From contig JBJTWF010000148.1 in assembly GCA_046081565.1 (NCBI GenBank), forward strand, positions 1 through 62,353: DNA of 62,353 nt, given 5' to 3'. The translations under genes and the position numbers were made by a program. Origin of the DNA: Flavobacteriales bacterium (GTDB taxonomy: Bacteria > Bacteroidota > Bacteroidia > Flavobacteriales_D > Crocinitomicaceae). Positions 26,499 through 34,827 of the stretch are shown piece by piece; position 1 is the first letter of the stretch, and each line of letters opens with the position of its first letter. The notes beneath the pieces are model-generated. The model made no database searches and had not been told where the DNA came from. It saw nothing but the letters and a program-made list of their open reading frames with translations.

Positions 26499-28319
26499 TT
26501 ACTTTTTTACAAAATGCTTGGTTACTACTCCTTCTTCTGATTGAAGTTTCACAACATACATTCCGGGTGCTAAATCACTAATTGCAACTTGTTGCGCTTG
26601 AACACCGTTGTTTGGCGTGAAATTCAAGTCAGTAACTACCGCTCCTAAATGATTATAAATTGCTCCTTCAACGCTGTTCGCGCCTTTGAAGTCAGCCTTA
26701 ATGTTCAAAACATCATTCGCTGGGTTAGGATAAACAACTGCACCAATAGCCGATGTGTTTTCGTTTATCCCAATGGTAGGATTAAAATTCAAACGAACCC
26801 AAGGGGTAGAAGTCTGGTAGTACCACGTATTGTCCAGCAAGTCCAAAAAGAAAGACGTTTGAGGTACGGAAGATCCAGCATTTACAAGCTTTAATCCAGT
26901 ACCATAGGCACCAACAACCGCGAGGTATGTCTTGTTTGCCATAAGGTTTACAGGAACATTCAATGCAATCATCTTGTTTACATTTAAATCCGGTGCAGCA
27001 ACAATTACTGGATCTGATTCTGATTCGAAAACGAAATCACCGGTAGTCGGATCTATAGAATATAACTTAACGAATACCTCGGTGCCCACCGTTGTACCAT
27101 TGGCTCCTCCCAACAAACGAACATCAATGCCTTTCAATTCTTGATCGGCCCAAACATCATATAAGTTACCTGCTTCAAATCCATCTGCTCCGTTCGACGT
27201 GGACCCGGCAGGAGTTCCGTTGTCACGTGCATAAATATAGTCGTTTACACTGAACGTGGTGTTTGTAAAGGCATTGTTTGCTGGAACATCGTCCGTAGAG
27301 TCTGCGGTTAGGGTGTGAACTACGGTGTAGTTTCCTATCGCAGCGGGAGTAAACGCTGTAGAAACCGTTAACGTTGCTGTGTCAAGTGACGGAATGGTAA
27401 CGGCAGTTGATGATCCGGTAAAGGCTCCTGCGTTAACGTTAACATTATATTGGACCCCGGGTTGTGCATTTATTCCCCCATTGAACGCCTTAATTTCAAA
27501 ATCTATTGGAGCGGTTTGTGTTATTGGAATTTGATAGTAATACAACCCTGCTGTTCCCCAATATTTATCGGTTACGCTTAAATCATTGGTAGGATTGGTT
27601 ACAATCTTAACGTTATCAATGTACCACCCATAGGTAATCCAAACGTTAGGATTGGTTGCAGAATTAGGGTAGTTTGTTGTCCAGCTAAATCGAACCCAAA
27701 CGTTTCCTGGATTTGCGGGAAGGATGGTGGCTAAGTTAATCGTTTTCAGGTCTGGATTGCTGTAAGCAGAGCCACCAGAAGCCGAAAGAACTGATTTGTC
27801 TAAGTTGTCGCCTACCGTTGTCCAAGTGTTTCCATTGGTACTAATTTGAATCTCTTGTAAGTCGTTAAACCTTGCGCCGTATTGTTCGAAGGATAAGCTT
27901 ACTTGATTAGTGCCTCCTAAAGCCGTTATATTAATTGGATTCGCTGTGGTTAAGGTGTAGGTAACCGCTAAGGCTTGTGTTCCTGGGGTTACCGTTGGGT
28001 CTCCGTTCACCAATTCCGCATAGTTTCCTCCTCCGGTAGAATTTATTCCATTGGCCGAAAACCAACCATCCGAGACGTTATTGATGTTCCATCCATATTC
28101 GATCCCAGATTGACCACTATTATCTATGGTCCAATTGGCGACATTATCAAAATTATCAGACCAAAGGGTAACCCCTAAGCTTTTGCTGGATTCTAACGGT
28201 TTTTGATTGAGTTGGTGTTGTCTTGGCACCAAGTGATTTGCGTTTTGAATAAGTGGGCTTTTTTGCGCCATAGTTAGGGTGCTAAATCCCAATAGACCAA
28301 AGAGTAGTGTTCTTTTCAT
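26499..28319 (-). CDS. T9SS-sorted secreted or surface protein of unknown function (beta-rich; N-terminal region reminiscent of MAM or choice-of-anchor-J-type domains)
   Basis: Signal peptide (FSTLTMAQ). WSDNFDNVANWTIDNSG...GWNINN pattern. C-terminal CTD VYPNPANDVLNIK...GMYVVKLQSEEG..KHFVKK. Confidence 0.7.
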   Translation of the reverse strand: MKRTLLFGLLGFSTLTMAQKSPLIQNANHLVPRQHQLNQKPLESSKSLGVTLWSDNFDNVANWTIDNSGQSGIEYGWNINNVSDGWFSANGINSTGGGNYAELVNGDPTVTPGTQALAVTYTLTTANPINITALGGTNQVSLSFEQYGARFNDLQEIQISTNGNTWTTVGDNLDKSVLSASGGSAYSNPDLKTINLATILPANPGNVWVRFSWTTNYPNSATNPNVWITYGWYIDNVKIVTNPTNDLSVTDKYWGTAGLYYYQIPITQTAPIDFEIKAFNGGINAQPGVQYNVNVNAGAFTGSSTAVTIPSLDTATLTVSTAFTPAAIGNYTVVHTLTADSTDDVPANNAFTNTTFSVNDYIYARDNGTPAGSTSNGADGFEAGNLYDVWADQELKGIDVRLLGGANGTTVGTEVFVKLYSIDPTTGDFVFESESDPVIVAAPDLNVNKMIALNVPVNLMANKTYLAVVGAYGTGLKLVNAGSSVPQTSFFLDLLDNTWYYQTSTPWVRLNFNPTIGINENTSAIGAVVYPNPANDVLNIKADFKGANSVEGAIYNHLGAVVTDLNFTPNNGVQAQQVAISDLAPGMYVVKLQSEEGVVTKHFVKK

Positions 28320-28364
28320 AGATTAAATTTAATTCAATGGATAAAAATATAAAAAGCAAAGCAA

Positions 28365-29153
28365 TTAAACGAATCTTTCTTTTAAAAAAGGCAGGTTTTT
28401 TCGAGATTCAGAGAGCAAAGCAGCCGACAGGGTAAAGCAAAGAACCGCTTCGTCTTTATCCAAAAGTGAGGCCAACAAGGCTCCTTCAGGAGAATAGATG
28501 GAGGAATGCCCATTGTAATGAATTTGATTTCCATCCATTCCTGTACGGTTTACTGCACAAACATAGGACTGGTTTTCGAGGGCACGAGCGGCTAACAGAA
28601 GATCCCAATGAGCTATACGTTTCGCTGGCCAATTAGCTACGTATAACAACGCATCATAACGAAACCCTCCCCCTGGCTTTACATGGTTTCTTGATCCCTC
28701 AGGAAAGCGTAAGTCAAAACAAATTTGTAGCATCACATTCCATCCATTAACCCCTACGACCACTTCATTGCTTCCGGAAAGAAACGCGGCTTTTTCCCCG
28801 CCGAACGCAAAAAGGTGACGCTTATCATAGGTTGTTATCGTTCCTTTTGCGTCCACAAACACCCCTCGATTTACAAAGCCATTTTCCGTTTTTGCCATCA
28901 ACGAAGTAAAAACAGCGGTGTTAAAATCCGCGGAAATCCGCTTTAAAAATTGGATCCCCTCCGATTCGTTCCACAGTGTTTTACACAAGGAAGTATTCAT
29001 TGAGAATCCCGTATCGAACATTTCTGGTAAAAGCACTAAATCCACCTTTTTATTGCGAATTATTTCCATTAATGCCTTTATTTTACCCTGATTTTTACTG
29101 GGAGATTCCCAGTGTTGATCAAACTGTACGAGGGCTACTGTTAAATCTTGCAT
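28365..29153 (-). CDS. Carbon-nitrogen hydrolase family omega-amidase (YafV/Nit2-like)
   Basis: Nitrilase-superfamily E-K-C triad contexts LVLLPEMFDTGF, YDKRHLF and LQICFDLRFPE. The ATG at 29153 (MQDLTVALVQ...) is preferred over the start at 29201. Confidence 0.85.
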   Translation of the reverse strand: MQDLTVALVQFDQHWESPSKNQGKIKALMEIIRNKKVDLVLLPEMFDTGFSMNTSLCKTLWNESEGIQFLKRISADFNTAVFTSLMAKTENGFVNRGVFVDAKGTITTYDKRHLFAFGGEKAAFLSGSNEVVVGVNGWNVMLQICFDLRFPEGSRNHVKPGGGFRYDALLYVANWPAKRIAHWDLLLAARALENQSYVCAVNRTGMDGNQIHYNGHSSIYSPEGALLASLLDKDEAVLCFTLSAALLSESRKNLPFLKERFV

Positions 29154-30262
29154 AATTTCTCCGTTGCTAATCGTAGGGTTTGGTCGTCTTTTGCAAAACA
29201 CAACCGAATTTTTTGGTTATCGACCTTGTTTTCATAAAAAACGGAGAAGGGAATGGCGGCAACGCCTACTTCCATAGTCAACCACCGACAAAATTCAACA
29301 TCTCCTTGGTCGCTTATCGAACTAAAACCCAGGGCTTGAAAATAGGTTCCTTCGCATGGAAGTATCGAAAACTTACTTTTTTGCAAGGCTTCGTTTAAGC
29401 GGTTCCTTTTATGGCGGTAAAGGCTACGGACTTCCGCTGGATCGAACGTGGGTAAAAAACGTGCAATGCCTTCTTGCATCACTGAATTTACAGAAAACAC
29501 CAAATATTGATGGACCGACAAAATGGCCTTCATTAACGCTGGGGGAGCCGTTAAATAACCCATTTTCCATCCCGTCGCTTGAAGAGACTTTCCAAAGGAG
29601 GAAATGACAACGATTCGATCCATAACATTTGTCCACCGCCGCAAGCTTTTGTGGGGTTGGTCGAAGTAAAGAAATTCATAAACCTCATCCGATAATACCC
29701 TAAGTTGAGGGTTTTTTTCGAGTAAGATCGATAACTGCTTATAATCCTCCTCCCGCCACATGACCCCACTAGGATTGTGCGGTGAATTAATAACAATAAG
29801 CGTTGTTTTTTCAGTAACCGAATCAAAAATAAGGTTCCAATCCGGTAAAAATTCTGCGTTTAGTGGAAGGTGAACTGGTTTGGCGCCAACCAAAAAAAGC
29901 GGATACTCATAACAATCATAACAAGGGTCAAGTAACACGGCTTCTTCTCCAGATGAAACCAAGGCTTGAATGGTGGCGAAAAGCGCTTGAGTAGCCCCTG
30001 CTGTAATTAAAATTTCCTCGACTGAAAGGTTAAAACCTTGCGTTCTTGCTACAAACTCAACGATTGCTTCTCGAAGGTTCGGCGAACCTTGATAGGGTGC
30101 GTATTGATGGTAGTTTTCATCAATAACGTTTTTCAATGAATCCAGAAGCCTTGCATCAATGGGTAAATTTGGGAACCCTTGGGCTAGGTTTATGGCTCCG
30201 TAGGTTGACGCCAAATGGCTCATTTCTGAAAAAATGCTGGGGCCCATTACTCGGTTTTTCAT
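29141..30262 (-). CDS. Class I/II PLP aminotransferase (YbdL / glutamine transaminase K-like methionine aminotransferase)
   Basis: INSPHNPSG and the PLP-lysine context ISSFGKS. 373 aa. 13-nt overlap with the omega-amidase gene. Confidence 0.85.
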   Translation of the reverse strand: MKNRVMGPSIFSEMSHLASTYGAINLAQGFPNLPIDARLLDSLKNVIDENYHQYAPYQGSPNLREAIVEFVARTQGFNLSVEEILITAGATQALFATIQALVSSGEEAVLLDPCYDCYEYPLFLVGAKPVHLPLNAEFLPDWNLIFDSVTEKTTLIVINSPHNPSGVMWREEDYKQLSILLEKNPQLRVLSDEVYEFLYFDQPHKSLRRWTNVMDRIVVISSFGKSLQATGWKMGYLTAPPALMKAILSVHQYLVFSVNSVMQEGIARFLPTFDPAEVRSLYRHKRNRLNEALQKSKFSILPCEGTYFQALGFSSISDQGDVEFCRWLTMEVGVAAIPFSVFYENKVDNQKIRLCFAKDDQTLRLATEKLCKI

Positions 30263-31713
30263 TCAGCTTTGTAATTCATTATAAATTGAATAGGAAAATC
30301 ATCCCATTGTTTTTGGTTTGTTTTGCTGGGAAAAATCCATACGTCGGGTAAAATGGCCTCTACTGTTTGTTCATCCCTAGGAACAAGGTCTACCTTCATG
30401 GTAGAAATAGAAATGCTAACCCCAGAATTCTCCAAAAAAAATTCTGTAGGATTGGCAAACGTTCCTCCGTTTGTACCGCTTACTTGGGAACCAAATACAA
30501 GTCCGCGCTTAGTACTTTTAAACCACGCGGTAAAATTCGCGGCGGCGGACATGGTCATTCCGTTTACCAATAGGGCACACCTTCCAGAGAAATAAAGGTT
30601 TTTATTGTTTTTAAGAGTAGGTGCATTGAGTAACGTATCCACAGAGCCAAACGGGCTTTTATAAAACAGGTATTCGTTCGCTAAGGTGCTATTTATGGGT
30701 GCTTTTTTCGCGCTGTGTACGAATTTCCACCGTTGAAAAGAAGATAATTCAGAAAAACGATCATACTCCGAACGCTTGTAGATATAATTTGCTTTGTATT
30801 TCGTCCCCGGGGGAACAAAAAAACTCATCAAGTATTCTTGTAAAAGAATATAGCCTCCCGTGTTGTCTCTGAAGTCAATTATGAGTTGCTTTGGGGGATT
30901 GGCAATGAGAGCGGAAAAAATATCGTCCAACTGCTTTCGGAATTTGCCTGTGTGATATACAGAAAAAGAGCGTATGGTTAGTGTAGCTTGACCATTGGTG
31001 CGAACGAGGGTAATAGTCCTTTGACTTTCTCCACTTAGTTCTTTCCATACAGACCAAAGGAATGGTGAGGATAAAGAAGCCGAAAGGGTGTCCTTGGATT
31101 CAACCCACGAAAACGTATGTTGGGCCCTATTCATGAGTAAATTGGTAACCATTGGTAATAAGTCCACGGCTATTTCTGTTTGGGCCTTTTTAGCCCCCCC
31201 CTCCATAGGACTAAATTGTTTCGCCTCCTTATAAAGACTATTAATAGGTTTTCCATTAATAGAAAGCAACTCCGCCCCTACAGGAATTTTGTTTTCCCAG
31301 GATTTAGTTATAATAAATTGATTGTCCACCAAGGCCAACGTAAACGGTAAATAGTGTCTTTTAAAGAAATTATTCGACATAAAATCATACGGATTAACAC
31401 TGGTGTGAGAGTCTTTTAGTTCAGACAAAAACTCCATTAAAACCTTGGAAAAAGCATAGGTGCTTAAAGAAACCTTGCAGCGCTTAAAGGCCCTTTGATA
31501 GGCGGCATCAACCTGGTGCTTGCTTGTATATCGGTATAAATCAGGGTGTATCTGTTGCAGTTTTTCATAAAGTTCGCTCAAATCTGCACGCATGATTCCC
31601 GGACAGAGTCGGTCCCTTAATAAATCCGTTTTTAAATCCGTCGATTTATAGCATGGTTGGCTGAAGAGCTCAGCAAAATACAATAAAAAAGTAAGAAAGA
31701 GAACCCGCTTCAT
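30259..31713 (-). CDS. S41-family (tail-specific/C-terminal processing-like) peptidase
   Basis: Signal peptide. FRDNTGGYILL and GMTMSAAANF contexts typical of S41. ATGA-type 4-nt overlap with the aminotransferase gene. Confidence 0.7.
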   Translation of the reverse strand: MKRVLFLTFLLYFAELFSQPCYKSTDLKTDLLRDRLCPGIMRADLSELYEKLQQIHPDLYRYTSKHQVDAAYQRAFKRCKVSLSTYAFSKVLMEFLSELKDSHTSVNPYDFMSNNFFKRHYLPFTLALVDNQFIITKSWENKIPVGAELLSINGKPINSLYKEAKQFSPMEGGAKKAQTEIAVDLLPMVTNLLMNRAQHTFSWVESKDTLSASLSSPFLWSVWKELSGESQRTITLVRTNGQATLTIRSFSVYHTGKFRKQLDDIFSALIANPPKQLIIDFRDNTGGYILLQEYLMSFFVPPGTKYKANYIYKRSEYDRFSELSSFQRWKFVHSAKKAPINSTLANEYLFYKSPFGSVDTLLNAPTLKNNKNLYFSGRCALLVNGMTMSAAANFTAWFKSTKRGLVFGSQVSGTNGGTFANPTEFFLENSGVSISISTMKVDLVPRDEQTVEAILPDVWIFPSKTNQKQWDDFPIQFIMNYKAE

Positions 31714-31815
31714 TTGTGTACAAAAATATAAATCCCCTTCGTCTTTTAACCGTATATTAATTTTTATTTGTGTGAAGTGTGTTTTTCTAAAATGTATACC
31801 TTTCGGGTTTGAAAT

Positions 31816-32703
31816 ATGGAGATTTTACTGATTGGAGGAACGGGTTTTATTGGGCAGGCGGTATGCCATTTTTTTCAAGAAAAAGGCGTTCCTGTAATCG
31901 TATTAACAAGAAATCCTAGCGAAACACATCATCGGTTTTGGGACCCAATCCATAAAGAAGGAGCCTATGATTCTTTGGAAAACATCACCCATATCATCAA
32001 TGTAAACGGCGCTGGAATTGCTGAAAAACGATGGACTAAAAAACGCAAGCATGTGTTACGCACTTCGCGGGTCGAGGCAACAGAATATTTATATAAAGTA
32101 ACAAAAGAACATTGCCCTAATCTTCGTCATTATCTTGGAATTTCTGGCATCAATGCGTTTGGGTTTTCAGACCACAAGGTGTTTCATGAGGAAGACCCTA
32201 TGGGTACAGACTATTTGTCTTGCTTGGTTTCTTCGTGGGAAAAAGCACATCAATTGTTTAAAAAACGTGTGCCAACTACGATCATTAGGCTTGGGATGGT
32301 GATAGACCCGCGTGGTGGGGCCTATGAAAAGATGGCAAACCCTATTCGGCTTGGTTTTGGCGCTGTGGTAGGAAATGGCCATCAGAAGGTTCCATGGATT
32401 TCGTTATCGGATGTGGTTGGACTCCTCCATCATCTTTGCGTTGATCCTAATCCATCACCCACGTTGATTCATGGCGTGAGCAATCATTCAACCATGCACG
32501 ATATTACGCATTTCATCGCGAGACAAGAGGAAAAAAAAATTCGATTACCCAACATTCCTTCCTTCGTTATTTACCTGTTGTTCGGAAGGATGGGTCAACT
32601 TCTTACAAGATCTCTTCAGGTGCACACGGAATCCCTAATTGCGACTGGATACCCCATTAAAAACCCAACCCTAAGCTCAATACCCCATGCGAAAAAAGAC
32701 TAA
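31816..32703 (+). CDS. TIGR01777 (YfcH-like) NAD-dependent epimerase/dehydratase-family protein
   Basis: N-terminal Rossmann motif LLIGGTGFIGQAV. ~295 aa with the extra C-terminal domain typical of YfcH. Confidence 0.75.
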   Translation: MEILLIGGTGFIGQAVCHFFQEKGVPVIVLTRNPSETHHRFWDPIHKEGAYDSLENITHIINVNGAGIAEKRWTKKRKHVLRTSRVEATEYLYKVTKEHCPNLRHYLGISGINAFGFSDHKVFHEEDPMGTDYLSCLVSSWEKAHQLFKKRVPTTIIRLGMVIDPRGGAYEKMANPIRLGFGAVVGNGHQKVPWISLSDVVGLLHHLCVDPNPSPTLIHGVSNHSTMHDITHFIARQEEKKIRLPNIPSFVIYLLFGRMGQLLTRSLQVHTESLIATGYPIKNPTLSSIPHAKKD

Positions 32704-34012
32704 AATTTTTGTTCTAGACACCTCCGTCCTCATTCATGACCATCATGCGATAATTAATTTTAAAAAACACGACGTTGCTGTTCCGATAACGGTATTGGAG
32801 GAGTTGGATAAATTCAAGCTTGGTAATGACACGAAAAACTTTTCGGCTCGCGAGGTCATTCGGTTTATAGATCGACTCGTAGGAAACGTTCGGTTGCAAT
32901 CCTGGATAAGGATACAAGAGGGCTTGGGGCAATTGAAAATCGTAATGGATTTAGATCCCAAAAAACTAAATGCTGAAACGATTTATTCTTCTGCAAAAAA
33001 CGACCATAAAATTATTAATGCCGCGCTGATCTTAAAAGAAGAGTTTCCGGATCGGGCAGTTATCTTGGTTACAAAAGACATTAATTTACGCATTAAAGCC
33101 AAAGCGCTGGGAGTACCTTCAGAAGATTATGAAACAGGAAAGGTTTATGAAATCAAAGATGACCTCTCACCGTCCTTTGCGATAGATGGGGTGGAAAGCG
33201 AACTAATAAGAGAGGTTTTTACCCGCGGAATGGCCGAAGAGCGGGGGGTGTTAGGTTCTTTAAAAAAAACCAATGGGTATTACATTTTAAAGAATGGTAA
33301 AACATCCAGTTTGGTGTATTTTAACGAGGCAGAAAACATGCTGGAGCGAATAGAAAAAGAGTTTGTTTATGGGATAAAACCCAAAAACGCAGAACAAGCT
33401 TTTGCTTTACATGCCTTGTTGAATCCCGGAATAAAATTGGTAGCATTACAAGGGGTTGCAGGAACAGGAAAAACCTTGCTTGCCTTGGCGGCCGCATTAG
33501 AACAAGAAAAAAAATTCAACCAAATCATTTTGGCGCGCCCGATCGTTCCGTTATCCAACAAAGAAATTGGATTTTTACCCGGAGACGCAAACGACAAGAT
33601 AGGACCGTATATGGAACCCTTGTGGGATAATTTAAAGTTTATCAAGTCCCAATACGGTGAAAACGAAAAGAAACACAAGGCCATCCTTGAAATGGAGGAA
33701 AACAAGAAAATCATTATTACGCCGCTGGCGTTCATTCGTGGAAGAAGCCTGTCCAACATTATGTTTATCATTGATGAGGCGCAAAACCTAACCCCTCATG
33801 AAGTTAAAACCATCATTACCCGGGCTGGTGAGCATACGAAAATCGTTTTTACCGGAGATGTTCATCAAATTGACACACCCTATTTAGATGAATACAGCAA
33901 TGGGCTAGCTTATTTAATTCAGAAAATTAAAAACCAACCCTTGTTTGCTCATGTAAAATTAGAAAAGGGGGAGCGTTCTGAATTGGCGAACCTCGCCAAC
34001 GACTGGTTATAA
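32687..34012 (+). CDS. PIN-domain PhoH-like ATPase (YlaK type)
   Basis: N-terminal PIN (IFVLDTSVLIHD). Walker A GVAGTGKTLLALAAAL. Walker B FIIDEAQNL. 441 aa. Confidence 0.9.
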   Translation: MRKKTKIFVLDTSVLIHDHHAIINFKKHDVAVPITVLEELDKFKLGNDTKNFSAREVIRFIDRLVGNVRLQSWIRIQEGLGQLKIVMDLDPKKLNAETIYSSAKNDHKIINAALILKEEFPDRAVILVTKDINLRIKAKALGVPSEDYETGKVYEIKDDLSPSFAIDGVESELIREVFTRGMAEERGVLGSLKKTNGYYILKNGKTSSLVYFNEAENMLERIEKEFVYGIKPKNAEQAFALHALLNPGIKLVALQGVAGTGKTLLALAAALEQEKKFNQIILARPIVPLSNKEIGFLPGDANDKIGPYMEPLWDNLKFIKSQYGENEKKHKAILEMEENKKIIITPLAFIRGRSLSNIMFIIDEAQNLTPHEVKTIITRAGEHTKIVFTGDVHQIDTPYLDEYSNGLAYLIQKIKNQPLFAHVKLEKGERSELANLANDWL

Positions 34013-34687
34013 TTAGCCGGCCATCTTCACCTTTCCTTCTTCTACACGAAGGATGCGTCCTTTGTGTTTTTCAACAAGGGATAAATTGTGTGTTGCTATT
34101 ATGACGGCCGTCTTTTCTTCTCGAGATAAGGCAACAAGTAATTGCATGATTTCATCCGCCGTTTCTGCATCTAAGTTGCCGGTTGGTTCATCCGCCAGAA
34201 TTAGCTTGGGTTCGTTTAATAAGGCTCTTGCTATGGAAACCCGTTGTTGCTCTCCTCCCGACAAGGTTCCAGGTAAATGAGCCGCTTTTTGCTCCATTCC
34301 TACCAATTGTAAAACGCTCATAGCGCGTTTATGAATTTCGGATTTGTTCTTCCATCCTGTTGCTTTTAAAACAAAATACATGTTCTGTATTACGGTTCTG
34401 TCCATCAAAAGCTGAAAATCCTGAAAAACAATTCCTAAAGACCGCCTAAGGTATGGTATGCTTCTTTTTTTTATGGAAGTAAGTGAAAACCCTGCAACAC
34501 TCCCTTCGCCAGTAAACAAAGGAATTTCCGCATACAATGCTTTTAACAAGGTGCTTTTACCGCTTCCAGTTTTTCCTACCAAGTACACGAACTCCGATTC
34601 GGTAAGAGAAAGGTCGATGTCGGTAAGGATGGTTTCTTTCCCTTGCTTTAAAGAAACATGATGCAGGCTCACAATGGTTTCGGACAT
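34013..34687 (-). CDS. ftsE: Cell-division ABC ATPase FtsE
   Basis: Walker A GKTGSGKST, signature LSGGEQQRVSIARAL, Walker B ILADEPTGNLD. 224 aa. No adjacent permease gene. Confidence 0.85.
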   Translation of the reverse strand: MSETIVSLHHVSLKQGKETILTDIDLSLTESEFVYLVGKTGSGKSTLLKALYAEIPLFTGEGSVAGFSLTSIKKRSIPYLRRSLGIVFQDFQLLMDRTVIQNMYFVLKATGWKNKSEIHKRAMSVLQLVGMEQKAAHLPGTLSGGEQQRVSIARALLNEPKLILADEPTGNLDAETADEIMQLLVALSREEKTAVIIATHNLSLVEKHKGRILRVEEGKVKMAG

Positions 34688-34827
34688 AGGTAAATTTGTA
34701 ACGCAAAGGTGTTTAAGAATTATAAGCGCTGGCCTTGGGTATGGGATTTTCTCTTAACAAGATTGCGTTTATAACTTTTGGTCGAAACGCTTTGGTTTGC
34801 CGGGGCGGAATTTACTTTTGTTGCATC

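Noticed and set aside
34013-34687. ftsE is unlinked from ftsX (59262..60146, opposite strand, about 25 kb away), and ftsE lies near the amidase gene at 39703. I considered whether these form an FtsEX-amidase regulatory unit.
   Set aside because: As far as I recall, separation of ftsE and ftsX is common in Bacteroidota. The nearby amidase is an amidase_2 enzyme with a T9SS export domain, so it is extracellular. It is not the periplasmic amidase_3/EnvC-type target of FtsEX.
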